Notes under the pieces: model-generated
Database searches by the model: none
The model's input: only the letters and a program-made list of their open reading frames with translations
What the model was told of the DNA's origin: nothing
Part shown: positions 1-12,551 of the stretch, one piece after another
How positions within the stretch are numbered: position 1 is the first letter of the stretch
Layout of the letters: every line of letters begins with the position of its first letter
Made by a program: the position numbers and the translations under genes
Assembly (NCBI RefSeq): GCF_006345805.1
Contig: NC_043016.1
Coordinates: forward strand, 26,164,001-26,228,000
Source of the DNA: Octopus sinensis
Taxonomy: Eukaryota
Direction of reading: 5' to 3'
DNA length: 64,000 nt

Positions 1-1172
1 TATACCTCTCGTATCAACTTCCTCATCAATTGAGACTAAAGTCAATTACCTGGTATTTTCTGTTCTCAAAGTCTATGCCTATTAATCAGGCTTCCTAGTT
101 TCTATTGTCAATCTGACTGTTAAAATCCCACTTCTTACTTTCTAGCACTTTATTAGGTTCATATTCACATCACTTATCAGTATGATCAAATTTTAGCTTT
201 CTTTCCTAACTCCCAAAAGATTATTCTCCCTAGGTTGTCATCTCTTGTATACCTTCTGTGCCAGCATACTACATTCACTAACTACGAGTAACATTTTCCT
301 TCCATTTACATAATCTAAATTGGGAGTCAACCTGATTTTTGTCTAGGCTTTTACCCAGTTAATCTTCAATGCCTGGTACTGTGCTGCTACAACTTTCCAT
401 CTCTCTTTTCAACCTTCCTGTCCTCAAACATAACCATGTCTCACTATTACTATTTTCTGAAACTATCTTTGTAAATCTACCATGCAAAGCCTCCTCTTGC
501 GAATCAGATAATTTTACTTCTTTTTTCTAGTTTTTAATTACATTTGACTTTTTGATTTCCCTATATCCTACTATTACACTAGCAACACTTGATAAAATTT
601 CTTCATTATTACCTACATAAGAGTCTATATCTGCTCTAGCTAACTCCACATACTCTTCTACTAGTATTACATCACCACCTTCCTTTCTATGTAAATCTAC
701 TCTTGCTACTCCTGCTTTAGGATGAAGTCCTCCATTCATATTGAATCCTTTCCTAGTTCTGTCTAGATTTGATAATATAGATTTTATCCAGTCTACAAAA
801 GCTGCTGAATATCATAGTAACACTACAGCTCAAATATTTACAACCTTCACTAGATTCTAAATTCTTTTAGCCAATACTTTTGAACTAAATCTGGTCTTAG
901 GCCCTTCAAAATTGGCATTCTTATTAACTCTTTAGACATTAATGTACTAGTTAGATTTAGATCTGGTTGCTTCTCACTAACTACTTCTTCCCTCGCTTTC
1001 TTTAACCAGGCTACATCCTCATTATGATTAACTGCCTTATCTTAAATATCACTCCAAAACTTTCTAGCTTCTTATGTCTTAGGCTTCTCATCTATAGTAG
1101 CTTCTTCTACACTATTTATTTGGCAATAAAATCTCCTCTGGTCTGTCTCAAACAATCTGTTCTATAGAAGCT
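1..1172 (-). mobile_element. Decayed R4/Dong-like (RLE-type) non-LTR retrotransposon with RT core deleted
   Basis: Minus-strand fragments in the expected order: RKFWSDI..HNEDVAWLKK, RT start MP..KGP, then a jump to LDRTRK..MNGGLHPKAGVARVDLHRKEGG (ORF 527-739), EEALHGRF, AAQYQALKINWVK, MLAQKVYKR..NLGRIIFWEL and an RLE-like DFN..IDF. Many stops. Confidence 0.8.
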
Positions 1173-1178
1173 GATCTA

Positions 1179-1741
1179 TTGGGTTGTCCAGAAAGTTCGT
1201 GCCAATTTTTAAAGGAAAGAAAAAGGTCAATAAGTACTTGCCATTACATTTTTAAGCAACCAAATATGAACCATTTTGTTGCACAGTACGTCTCCATCTT
1301 TCCTTTAACTTGAAAATACCCTCTTCCCAGAATTGAGGTGGTTTCATGGCAAAGAATTCATTCAAGGTATCTTTTTACATCATCCAAGGAATTGAAATTT
1401 TTACCATTAAGACTATTCTGCAGAGACCTGAATAAGCGGAAATCTGAAGAAGCAATATCTGGTGAATATGGAGGGTGGGGTAACACATCCCAGCCGAGCT
1501 GCAGCAATTTTTGTCTGGTTCCCAAAGCATCAAGTGCCGAAAATGAACTTTTTTATCTTCCACTTTAAAGGGTTACAAAATTAACACAGATTATAGGAAC
1601 ATAAACCTTCCACGAAAAGATAGCTTAAATTGTGCTCTAAATGGAGGTGTAGTCAAATCCTATTTTATGGACTCAACCATGTTCTAAAATAAGTCGAAAT
1701 GTAAGTTATTATAAATCGGCACGAACTTTCCGGAAGCCCAA
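1179..1741 (-). mobile_element. Internally deleted mariner element
   Basis: About 29-bp TIRs (ttgggttgtccagaaagttcgtgccaattt / aaatcggcacgaactttccggaagcccaa), TA on both sides. N-terminus MEDKKVHFRHLML is fused to the C-terminal RQKLLQLGWDVLPHPPYSPDIASSDF region. Confidence 0.9.
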
Positions 1742-1775
1742 TATTTTTTTTCTGATATTATTATTGTTGTTGTTT

Positions 1776-1914
1776 AAGACAATGAGCTGGCAGAATTGTT
1801 GGCATGCTGGGCAAAATGCTTAGTGGCATTTCATCTATTTTTACATTCTGAGCTGAAATTTGCCAAGGTTGGCTTTTCTTTCATCATTTTGGGGTTGATA
1901 AAATAAGTACTAGT
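1776..1914 (+). mobile_element. Partial tRNA-derived SINE (Deu/Nin-like central domain)
   Basis: gagctggcagaattgttggcatgc head, then ttttctttcatcattttggggttgataaaataagtac; homologous to the copies at 41.8 and 46.5 kb. Confidence 0.7.
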
Positions 1915-1917
1915 CTG

Positions 1918-2133
1918 CATTTAAAATTATCATATCTGGCCCAAGTATATTCTATATGTTTTATGTTCAAACTGACTGAATCTGGCCTCTCACACCTACC
2001 CTACATTGTCATGCTAAAACTAAAGTCACATCATTGAAATCTCAATGCTATGAGATGATGAATGATTAATTGAAAACAATATGAATAAATAAGCATTACA
2101 TTTTACAAAATAATCTGAATTGTAAAGGGTTAA
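1918..2133 (-). mobile_element. TTAA/CCCTTT-ended MITE (piggyBac-like termini), degraded
   Basis: Ends in aaagggttaa; internal sequence matches the copies at 31.3, 32.4, 51.9, 54.3 and 55.8 kb. Confidence 0.65.
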
Positions 2134-2256
2134 ACTTTACTTGATAAAGAATACACTTGTTAGATAATATCATATTAGTTTATACTTCAGAGTTTTTCTT
2201 GTTTTTATTTATTTATTTATTTTTTTGTAACATTTAATATCTTCAATATTTTGCAG

Positions 2257-2347
2257 AATTTGGAACTTCCTCCATTCACATTTACAAAAGAGACGTGTTG
2301 TGTTGATCACACTTCCAAGTATTGAAGATTCATTAAAGAATTTAAAG
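2257..2347 (+). CDS. Putative internal coding exon of an unidentified gene (IWNFLHSHLQKRRVVLITLPSIEDSLKNLK)
   Basis: Acceptor aatattttgcag, donor aag|gtaatt, 91 nt, open in the frame that ends in phase 0 and fits the 5460 exon. Non-repetitive sequence. Confidence 0.6.
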
Positions 2348-2699
2348 GTAATTCCGAATTCCACTCTACCTCATTGGTTTTTTTTTGGGGGGGGGGGGGG
2401 CATTGCTACAGGCTAGATTAGAATTGCAATTTTCACAAGTAGACATTTCTCTAAAAGTATGGTTGATACTGAAAAATTACTGGTAATGTACTTAATATAA
2501 GATACTGAATTTATTGAATAAAGTAGGTTTAAGAAATTGAAATAGATGCCAAAGGTGCAATCATGGCTGTGTGGTTAAGAAGTTTGCTACCCAACCACAT
2601 GGCTTCAGGTTCAGTCCCATTGTGCATCAGCAGCTGGCTAAGTTTCTTCTTCTGTAGTCTTTATAGAAAGTGAAACATTACAAAGCCTATATATGTATA

Positions 2700-2733
<34 letters not shown>

Positions 2734-2738
<5 letters not shown>

Positions 2739-3097
2739 AAATAAGAAAATGGAGAAATACATCGAAATCAAATATCAATTACCAGATAATACTCAATCAC
2801 ATACTTTATTAAACCACTACATAAGGAACTATTAGGTTAAACATAATAATGCAGGGTAAATTGAGTATTATCTGGTAATTGATATTTGATTTCGATGTAT
2901 TTCTCCATTTTCTTATTTTGTATTATGAATTTGTAGTAAAATATTTTACCTTTGCCCATATAATACAATAAATGAATTAATTGTATCGCAATTCTTAACA
3001 TTTATGTATTAACTTTGTGGGGTACCTCACTAGCAGTATATTGGATATATGGTATCCCATGGTGGGTTGCATTTACAACCCCTATCTCAATTTATAT
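2734..3097. mobile_element. PLE pseudo-LTR-like fragment with 64-bp perfect inverted duplication, between (TA)n tracts
   Basis: 2734-2797 is the exact reverse complement of 2860-2923. The segment is homologous to 60421-60710. Confidence 0.65.
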
Positions 3098-3487
3098 ATA
3101 TATATATATCGTCATTTAACATTTGTGCACCATTGTGGCATGGGAAGGATAGTTTGACAGGATTCAGTAGGTCCAAGGACTGCATTATGCTGTAATGTCT
3201 GCTTTGATATGGCTTCTACAGTTGGATGCCCTTCCTAACACCAACCACTTTACACAGTGTACTGGGTATCTTTTCTGTGCCACTGGCATTAGCAAGGTTG
3301 CCATGCAGTTTGCAAGACTACAAAACCAGTGGTGGGGTGCAGCTTCTTGTACAAGAGTTACAAGGTTACTCATGTTAAGGAGGAAGATAGAGAGAGTGAG
3401 AATGATCTGTAAGATCTGCAAGTCCAGGAGGCTCCTCAAGTTTTGAGGTGGTCAGAAATGTGTTGGGAAAGAGGAACTAGTAGTGTA

Positions 3488-3800
3488 CATCATCATCATT
3501 TAACGTCCGTTTTCTGCGCTAGCACGGGTTGGACGGTTCGACTGGGGTCTGGGAAGCCTGGGGCTGCACCAGGCTCCAGTCTGATCTGGCAGTGTTTCTG
3601 CAGCTGGACGCCCTTCCTAACGCCAACCACTCCGTGAGTGTAGTGGGTCCTTTTTACGTGCCACCGGCACAGGTGCCAGGGGGGTCTGGCATCGGCCACG
3701 ATAGGTTGGTGCTTTTAACGTGCCACCGACGCGGAAGCCAGTCAAGGCAGCGCTGGCATCGGCCACGTTCGGATGGTGCTTTTTATGTGCCACCAGCGGG
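3488..3800 (-). mobile_element. 5'-truncated RTE LINE 3'UTR copy with (GAT)n tail
   Basis: ctggacgcccttcctaacgccaaccac motif and repeated gtgccaccggcac units. The same sequence is contiguous with an RTE ORF end at 28.5-29.1 kb. Confidence 0.8.
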
Positions 3801-3838
3801 GAGCAAAAGCTGAAGTGGATAGGAGGATATATATATAT

Positions 3839-4226
3839 AGGCGCAGGAGTGGCTGTGTGGTAAGTAGCTTGTTTACCAACCATATGGTTCTGGGTTCAGT
3901 CCCACTGTGTGGCACCTTGGGCAAGTGTCTTCTACTATAGCCTCAGGCTGACCAAAGCCTTGTGAGTGGATCTGGTAGACAAACTGAAAGAAGCCCGTCG
4001 AATATATGTATATATATATGTGTATGTGTGTCTGTGTTTGTCCCCCCAACATCGCTTGACAACTGATGTTGGTGTGTTTACGTCCCCATAACTTAGTGGT
4101 TCGGTAAAAGAGACCAATAGAATAAGTACTGGGCTTACAAAGAATAAGTGCCGGTGTCGCTTTGCCCTACTAAAGGCAGTGCTCCAGCATGACCACAGTC
4201 AAGTGACTGAAACAAGTAAAAGAGTA
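3839..4226 (+). mobile_element. Full-length tRNA-derived SINE family A (internal microsatellite, LINE-like tail)
   Basis: A-box-like tggctgtgtggt, B-box-like gggttcagtccc, ggcaccttgggcaagtgtctt body, tail gtgctccagcatgacc..gactgaaacaagtaaaagag. Confidence 0.85.
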
Positions 4227-4888
4227 TATGTATGTATGTATGATTATCATTATTTTAACATCTGTTATTTTCAAACTTGTATGAATCAGATGGAATTTGT
4301 TGAGGTAGATTTTCTATGGTCAGATGCCTCTTGTCACAAACCTTCACCTATTTCCAAGCAAGGTAATAAATTCCCCATGGCTAGACATGTTTTCATAGAA
4401 TATTGGAAACAAAGGACATCATTTACAACTATCATGTGTTCAAGTATGGAGACAGTAGCACACATATACATATATATGATAGCTTCTTTCAATTTCCATC
4501 TACCAGATCCACTCACAAGTCCTTGGTCAGACCAGGGCTGTAGTAGAAAACACTTGCCAAAGGTGCTACGCAGTGGGACTGAATGTGGAACCATGTGGTT
4601 GGGAAGTAAACTCCTGACCACACATCTCCCTGTCTCACTCCTTCTGTGTACATGTATAGAGAGAGGAAGAGAAGGAGTTTTATAAGAAGGAGCAGCCAAA
4701 ACTTCAAAGTGCACTGTTAGCTTTCTTCTTATAAAAGTATAACAAATTTAGCACTCTACTGAAAAGTAATCTTTCAATTTAATAGTAAATTGTTTTTACA
4801 TATAACTTGACATAAAACAAACACACACACACATATATATAAATAAATAAATGTGCTTGTGAAAAGGTTTCAGGCCACTCTGCCTAGT

Positions 4889-5135
4889 GGTTAGTGTTAA
4901 CGAAAGGCATCCAGCTGTAAAAACCATGCCAAATCTGACCCCCTTTGTGTTTGTGCAATGTAAAAAGCATTCAGGCCACTCTGCAGAGTGGTTGATGTTA
5001 GGAAGGGCATCCAGCCATAAAAACCATGCCAAAACAGACACAGAAGTCTGATGCAGTCTTCTGCATGGCCAGCTTCTTTCAAAAACTGTCCAACCCATGT
5101 CAGTATAGAAGGAGGACATTAAACGATGATGATGA
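4889..5135 (+). mobile_element. RTE LINE 3'UTR copy
   Basis: aggaagggcatccagcc..aacccatg..aaacgatgatgatg. Confidence 0.75.
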
Positions 5136-5459
5136 GGAGGTATGTCCATCTGAGAGAGTGTTTGCCTCCTGTGATTACATGAGCTATGGTCAGTATTCCC
5201 TATTACCATTTCTTTGTTAGTACATCATCTAGTAGCTCTGCACTATTCAAGGTGTGTGGAAATTAAAATGGGTAAGAATTAACAGTAGGAAAATACATTT
5301 AGTTGTAAAGCAATGTTTCACTAATATGTATTCATCTAACCCATGTTAGGATGGAAAAAAATGGACATAAAATGAATGAATTAAATTTTGATAAAATTAA
5401 TAATTTGCATTACATATTAGTTATTAAGTATAACCAAATTTTCTTGTATTCTGTTCTAG

Positions 5460-5578
5460 ACAAACATCAACATCTCTGAATGGGTGAAAGAAATTGACAC
5501 AACTGAAATCCTTAACACAGCAAGCTATATTCTATTGAACAAAACACCAGCAGAAACTGACCTAGGAAACTTTCATAT
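5460..5578 (+). CDS. Putative coding exon of an unidentified gene (TNINISEWVKEIDTTEILNTASYILLNKTPAETDLGNFH)
   Basis: Acceptor ttttcttgtattctgttctag, donor at|gtatga, 119 nt, open in phase 0 and in frame with exon 2257-2347. Confidence 0.6.
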
Positions 5579-6116
5579 GTATGAAACTTTATAAAGAGTT
5601 TAAAATTTAGTTATAACTTGTTTTGTTGTTGTTTTTTACTAGTTTAATATCTTCATTTTATGGGTCTTACATTTGAAGATTTTTTTTGGAAACATGAACT
5701 TAGGGAATTTCCAAAGTTGGCTTCTTACCACATAGCTATGCCTGCACTTAAGAAATATTTATTTAATATGTCAAACCAGAACTGTTATGTAGGAGAATAG
5801 GGTGAACATTGATTGTAATACAAGGTTATCATTCAATATTGTACCCATTGCAAACATAACCAAATTGTTATAGGTAACTGATATAGAGAATAGTTATTCT
5901 TGGATGTTGATTTTTAAGGAACTATTTTGATTACCGCAATATATTAAGAAGGAGTTGGAATTAACAAACAAGGAAACTGATAAAATGTTTTAAAAAAACC
6001 TATTTTAATGTATACAAGAAGGCAGTACTAGAGTGTGGATTAAGGGAACTGTCACATGATTATGATTTCTCGTCTTCTTTTCCATACTTGCTTGTGCTAA
6101 CTTTCATGTTTCCAAG

Positions 6117-6144
6117 CAATATAATATTTCTTCTAGTATTTTGA
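6117..6144 (+). CDS. Possible terminal coding exon (INIIFLLVF*) followed by AATAAA at 6215
   Basis: Branch-point-like gctaac, pyrimidine tract and ccaag acceptor; phase-compatible with the previous exon. An alternative acceptor at 6135-6136 gives IILNTKQHKGQPCFS*. Confidence 0.35.
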
Positions 6145-7400
6145 ATACAAAACAACACAAAGGCCAGCCATGTTTTTCATGAAAGCCAGCGAAAATGGAT
6201 ATTATTTGTGTAACAATAAAGTTTGTTTACAATCAGTGTATGATGTCAAGATAAACACTCATACATACTCATGATAGATGGAAACAGAAAGATGACTGTT
6301 TTATATATACATATATGTATATACATACACACACACATGTTGATGTGGCTGTTGGTCACAGGCATAGTATGTGGTAAATAAACTTGCTTCCCTGTCACAT
6401 GGTTTTTGGTTCAATCCCTAGCACTTGTGCATAAAAATAGACTCAATATGATTGGCTTCTTTCAGTTTTTACTATTTTATTTTTTAGGTCCATCATGAAA
6501 CTGGACAGTGCTTTGTAATATTTATGACTAATTCTTTAGGAAGGGGTCATTCCTAATGACTTGTGCAGCTTTATCATCAGTCGCTACAAAGGCCTAGGGT
6601 ATCTCTAGACAGAATTAACTACATAGGTATCAAACTGATTAGCCAAGTCATAAAAGTAACAAAGTGTTAAGGTATAGCTGATTAGGAAGTGAATCAGTTT
6701 AGATGAGATTCAGTTTAGATTTGTGCCAGGTTAGGATACTATTGATGCTTACTTCATAATGAGACTACAAAGGTTTTTTGCTAAGAGCTAACTACTATGC
6801 CCAGCATTTGTTGAGGTTTTGAGTAGAGTGACATAACCTGAAATTTGATGATTGCAAAGAAAGCTAGATGTAGAGATGTTGATGAACAAGATGTCCAGTT
6901 ACCCCCCCCCCCCGCTTTTTTAATAGCTCTCTAAACCAAGAAGCAAAGCTTAGAATCGAGAGATCTTAGAATAAAACTATTAAAGTCAAAAATTTAATTA
7001 GCAAGGAAGAGAAAAGCAATACTATGCAGAAAAGGATTTGGTAGAAATTCCCTACCGTGAACCCAAGAAGTTTAATGAAATCATAGGCAGGCTGATAGAA
7101 AAGAAAGACTTTGTACGTAACTCATGCATAGCAATAGTTAACTGTCAGAACACCCATGAAACAGATTCTTTCAAATACTTGAAGGGTTACCCAGAAGTAG
7201 TTAATAATTTCTGTTACCTGGATAGCCAGATAACAATGGAAGAAGTTATTCTGAATTCCTGAAAAACTGCATTGTTGCCTGGTAGCAAAATATATATGTA
7301 CTGAATGCAATGAAATGAAGTGAGCATTCTTCACAGGATATGTAATATTAGTATGTATGAAAGATGGAACACAAATGAGATGAGAGAAAAACTGAATATA

Positions 7401-7780
7401 GGCGCAGGAGTGGCTGTGTGGTAAGTAGCTTGCTTACGAACCACTTGGTTCCGGGTTCAGACACTCTGCGTGGCACCTTGGGCAAGTGTCTTCTACTATA
7501 GCCTCGGGCCAACCAAAGCCTTGTGAGTGGATTTGGTAGATGGAAACTGAAAGAAACCCGTCATATATATGTATGTGTGTGTCTGTGTATGTCCCCTCCA
7601 CAACATCGCTTGACAACAGATGCTGGTGTGTTTACATCCCTGTCACTTAGCGGTTCGGCAAAAGAGACTGATAGAATAAGTACTAGGCTTACATAGAATA
7701 AGTCCTGGGGTTGATTTGCTAGACTAAAGGCGGTGCTTCAGCATAGCCACAGTCAAATGACTGAAACAAGTAAAAGAGTA
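7401..7780 (+). mobile_element. Full-length SINE family A
   Basis: Co-linear with 3839-4226. Confidence 0.85.
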
Positions 7781-8529
7781 TAAGAGGTATGAGATGTAGT
7801 GTGCAAGAAAGAAAGGGAGCTAGTACAGATATGTGGTGTGAATGGAGGATGACAGTTGGATAGATGTACTGAGCAATCCAAGTGAAAATAAACTATAAAA
7901 AGGAAGACAGTTGTGTGAAGATGTAGTTAAAGATGATCTGAGGAGGTTGAACTTGACTGAAAAGATGGAAAAGGACTGCAAAAAATAGCATGATGCTGTG
8001 TTCCAGAAGATTCATGCAATTGTAAGATGAACAAGAAATGGTGTAAGTTATAGCTGAATCTGTGGCAAAATTAGACGAGAAATTTCAGATGTGGAATCAA
8101 AGGGCCTTAAAGTTGATTTAGCAAATACCAGAGTTGTAGTAAATGGGAAAACAGACAGATGTCAGCTTCCATCAGAGAAATAGCCTTACTTGAATGGTAG
8201 AAATTCCCCATAGTGTACCCAATGCAAACTGTTGCAGTGGTGTCATAGACAGGTAAATGAAGAAGTAGCTATTGTATATGGAAGATGCTCAAGAGCTTTA
8301 AACACATAACACGTGGGAAATAGATTTTCACAAATGCCCAGGATGATCCCTAGAGATACTAGTTAACCTAGGTGACCTAATTAGTAATAGAGAAAAGTAT
8401 ATTGTTAGACTAAGAACAGGCTAGGGAAAGTTCAGACAGATTTTTACTTCTTGGCAGTGTAAAGTAGGTTGTATGATGCTTGTGTAAGAACAATACTGGA
8501 TGGTAAGGAGATTGGGCTTGAATGCAGAG

Positions 8530-8962
8530 TGTAGTGATGCTGCTGTGTAAGGTTCAGCGCACATGCGCAGAATGGGATTACTTCCGGTTGGCCACCGGAA
8601 GTCTTCCCCATGCACATGTGCGGGAAACTAACCCCTAAAACGCGGATCGCTCATTCAGCCTTTCTGGCCATAGCAGCACTCGTGAACGGACGTGTATTGG
8701 CAGTCTCTGAGGACTTCATACCAACCAAGCAGCGAACCACGACGAATCATTTCGACCAACAAACAAGAATCAGTACTACAGATTCGGCTGTCGGTTTCCC
8801 TCCAGAGAACACGTACACCAGTTCTACATTACGACGAGAAATAAACAACATTTTTGCTGTGTTCGTAGATCGCCTGACTTGTCTATTATTTTAACTAAAA
8901 TTGAATGTGACGGGATCAGATCGGACACCCCTCCAGTGATACCGAATCTAGATCCTGTTACA
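8530..8962. mobile_element. Solo LTR (Gypsy-like), 433 bp
   Basis: Starts TGTAG, ends TTACA, flanked by a 4-bp AGAG duplication (8526-8529, 8963-8966). It splits the RTE sequence gcagag|gatatg, is GC/CpG-richer than its flanks and has an internal AATAAA. Confidence 0.75.
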
Positions 8963-10262
8963 AGAGGATATGTGAAGACTAGAAAAAAATGAAACTACAA
9001 TTTTCCATTAAATGAATAGTGTATGCATGAATGGCAAAAGTACAAATGTGTTTGAGAAAAAAATTAGGTACATAAGAGGAATTAGGTGTGATGTGCAAAA
9101 CTGTTTGTAAGGATTAAGAAGTGCCAGTTATTTAGAGTAGATGGACCTTGACATAGAGGGGAAACTCAGAAAGACAGGATGAAGTGGTGAAGGCTGATCT
9201 TAGGATTGCAAAACACAGAGGTGACAAAGGACCAGGATGACTGGTGATACGTGGGGTGCTCAAGAACACCTGTTCATCATCTTTCTGAAAGTGAGATTTT
9301 GGAAGCTAAATGTAATATATTGGAGGGGATGTAAAAAACAAGCAGGTGATGACTATACAGATTGAGTAGAAATGATTGATGGTTGTGTGATGACTAACCG
9401 TACAGAAAGGGATGAAGAGCAGCAGAATCACGATCACTATTTTGATGCCCACTTTTTCATGCTACTTGATTGGATGGAATTTCTTAATGCAGGTTTTCCA
9501 TTGCCAGCCTTCACCTGTTTCAGGTAAGATTTCTCCATGACTAGATATTTCCATGAGACCCTTGCTCAATTTCCTCCTCAAAATATTTCTGCCATCTCTC
9601 TATCACTTGCCCAATTGTAGTAGTCATTCAATGAGAGCAGAATTGTATATTTTCTGTGATATTGTTATTGTTTCTCCCTACCTTGAATCACTTCACTTGA
9701 CATCCAACCTTCACTCTTAATATTGTCCCTCTCTACTCACATTTTACTTTGATCATCCTTCTCTGTTACTGAATTAAATCTCTTCCACCACCATACTTTT
9801 CTCATTCTCCCTATGTATTACATCAGCTTTTCTCCTCACACTCTTGCAATCTATTTGCCTATTCACCTGTGTCATCTCTCACTTCTTCCTCTGCCTACTG
9901 TATTATTATTACCAATAAGTACAGGCAAGACTGTGTAGTAAGAAGTGTACTTCCCAACCATATGGCTCCAGTTTCAGTCCTACTATATGGCACCTAGAGA
10001 AAGTATCTTCTACTACATCCCCCAGGCTTGGCAGAGCCTTGTGAGTGGATTTTGTAGACAGAAACTGAAAGAAGCTCATTATATAATATATATATATAAT
10101 ATTTATTATCTTGTTATATTTAATATCTTGTACTTTACTTAATCATTGGTATATGTTTTTAATCTTATATTTAATTTTTTTCTATAGGATGTAATTTTTT
10201 TTTATATGGTATAATTTATTTTTCATTTTTGAATTGATAAAAGGTGTTTTTTTTCTAATTTA

Positions 10263-10290
<28 letters not shown>

Positions 10291-10294
<4 letters not shown>

Positions 10295-10640
10295 ACTTGT
10301 TTCAGTCATTTAACTGCGGCCATGCTGGAGCACCGCCTTTAGTCGAGCAAATCGACCCCGGGACTTATTCTTTGTAAGCCCAGTACTTATCTATCGGTCT
10401 CTTTTGCCGAACCGCTAAGTGACGGGGACGTAAACACACCAGCATCGGTTGTCAAGCAATGCTAGGGGGACAAACACAGACACACAAACATATACACACA
10501 CACTTATATATATATATATATGACAGGCTTCTTTCAGTTTCCATCTACCAAATCCACTCACAAGGCATTGGTCGGCTTGGGGCTATAGCAGAAGACACTT
10601 GCCCAAGATGCCACGCAGTGGGACTGAACCCGGAACCATG
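10291..10640 (-). mobile_element. SINE family A, head truncated
   Basis: Reverse complement of the family A body and tail. Confidence 0.85.
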
Positions 10641-11454
10641 TATCTATATATATATATATACTATATGTTTTATGTCTACTACCTAGCAAATCTACAGTTG
10701 TTTGGGATTTGAGGTGTCCGGAATATTTGCAATTTTATTAATTTAGATTCGATATCCTCCTTATCTCACAGCAAATTTGGTAACAACACAGAGGGGCCAC
10801 AAAGAAAAGTACACACTGAAATCCTTGAATGTTTCCACAAATCCTTTAAGCATGATGTTTTGTTCGTAAAATATACAATACAGTAGTGAAGTTTGTTTAA
10901 TTAATTTTAGTAATCATAGACTCCTTCATTGGCTCAGAAATTATTATTTACATTATATATGTGAAATTCCTGAGTGTCCACAAAAATTCTAAAGTTGCCA
11001 TTTTAAGTCTACAAAACATACCATCAAACAGTAATTAAACTCAGGTTAATTAACCTAGGTAGTCACTTTATTTTTTTACCTGTTTCATTAAATTACAACA
11101 TTGCCTTGAAGAATTTTGTCATATCAGGGATAAACACACACACATATACATATATATGAGAAAAACAGCATTAAAAACCAAGGCAGATATCAATAAAGTA
11201 TCAATAAAGTGCTCAGTATTAAAAGAATTTGCTTAACAATATTCAACAAACAGATACCAGTAAATCTAAGTAGAGTACAAATCCCAGGTAAATCCTCATG
11301 CATGACAGGTAAATCCAAATATCCGGCGGTAGAATTTCGAGAAATTCAGAGTATTTGACAACAAAAAATGTGTAAAGAGAAAATTACATTTTTATTAAAG
11401 ATCCCACCTTATAAAGCCAACAATTGTTTCTATTGCATTAACACACACACACAC

Positions 11455-11830
11455 AACGGGTTTCTTTCAGTTTCTGTCTACCAAATCCACTCACAAGGCT
11501 TTGGTCAGCCTGGGGGTATTGTAGTAGACACTTGCCCAAGGGGCCACACAGTGAGACTGAACCCGGATGCGAGTGCATAAATAAATGTGTGTGTGTGTGT
11601 GTCTCCCTTTGTGTCTGCGTTTGTCCCCTGCCTCACCTTGTCGACCAGTGTTGGTGTGCTTACGTCACCATGACTTAGTAGTCTGGCAAAGCAGATCGAT
11701 AGAATAAGTACCAGGCTTTAACACACACAAAAAAAATAAATAAAAACGTAGTGGGGTCGATTCATTCGACTAAAAGTTCTTTGGGATGGTGCTCCAGCAT
11801 GGCCGCAGTCTAATGCCTAAAACAAGTTAA
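11455..11830. mobile_element. Composite of SINE family A fragments in opposite orientations
   Basis: Minus-strand body (11455-11575) joined by (GT)n to a diverged plus-strand tail (11595-11830). Confidence 0.6.
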
Positions 11831-12551
11831 AAGATACCGACATCCCTCAACTTACGCCATTTCAAGTTATGCTTCAGTAATTTAGTCGTATTTTTAGAAA
11901 AAATTAATGGAAAAAAATAATAAAGCTCAACTGCAATCGATTCGTCCCACATCACATCTTTCACAGCATAAAAATTATTCAAAGAAGACATCTAAAAACC
12001 AATATTAACTGGAAAATCAAATAAAATACAAGTGGAAACCTGAATAGACCAATTATTAAAACATATGAACAAATATATTTTCTAAAAATCTTTCTTTGTG
12101 TTACTTTATGTAACATAAAGATGTCGCACGCCCTGAAACCGTTACTGACGTAAAAAGAAGTATGCTGGGATATGTTTTTAATGGACTATATGAATTGCCA
12201 CATTGATTTATAGCATGGGCATCGATGCATATTGCATTCGTTCTGTGCTGCAGAAGTCACTAGTGATACGCATGTTAGGGCAAAGTGTTCACATACACAC
12301 CATACATGGTGCTGGACACTTAATATTAGTCAGGAATGATATCTTGTAGCTGAAAGTGTCTGGCTCTTTAAACATTAAGAAAGAATCAACTACCCTCAAT
12401 ATCCGTGGTTCCCAACAATACTTTCACCTATGGACCCTTTTTGGTACCTACGTTCCAAAATCCCCCACAATAGGTGAAAATCCGCGGAGTAGAAACAGTA
12501 CTGCACTGTATATTTTACTATTTTTATAATTTGTATACATTTATTTTATAA

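Larger units (their letters stand above)
6490..9290 (+). mobile_element. Decayed RTE-clade LINE RT region, interrupted by a SINE and a solo LTR
   Basis: EGVIPND..YKG, FRFVPG*DTIDA, DSFKYL, GLKVDLANTRVVV, RLYDACVR and C-terminal KT..EVVKADL motifs with many stops. Confidence 0.75.
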
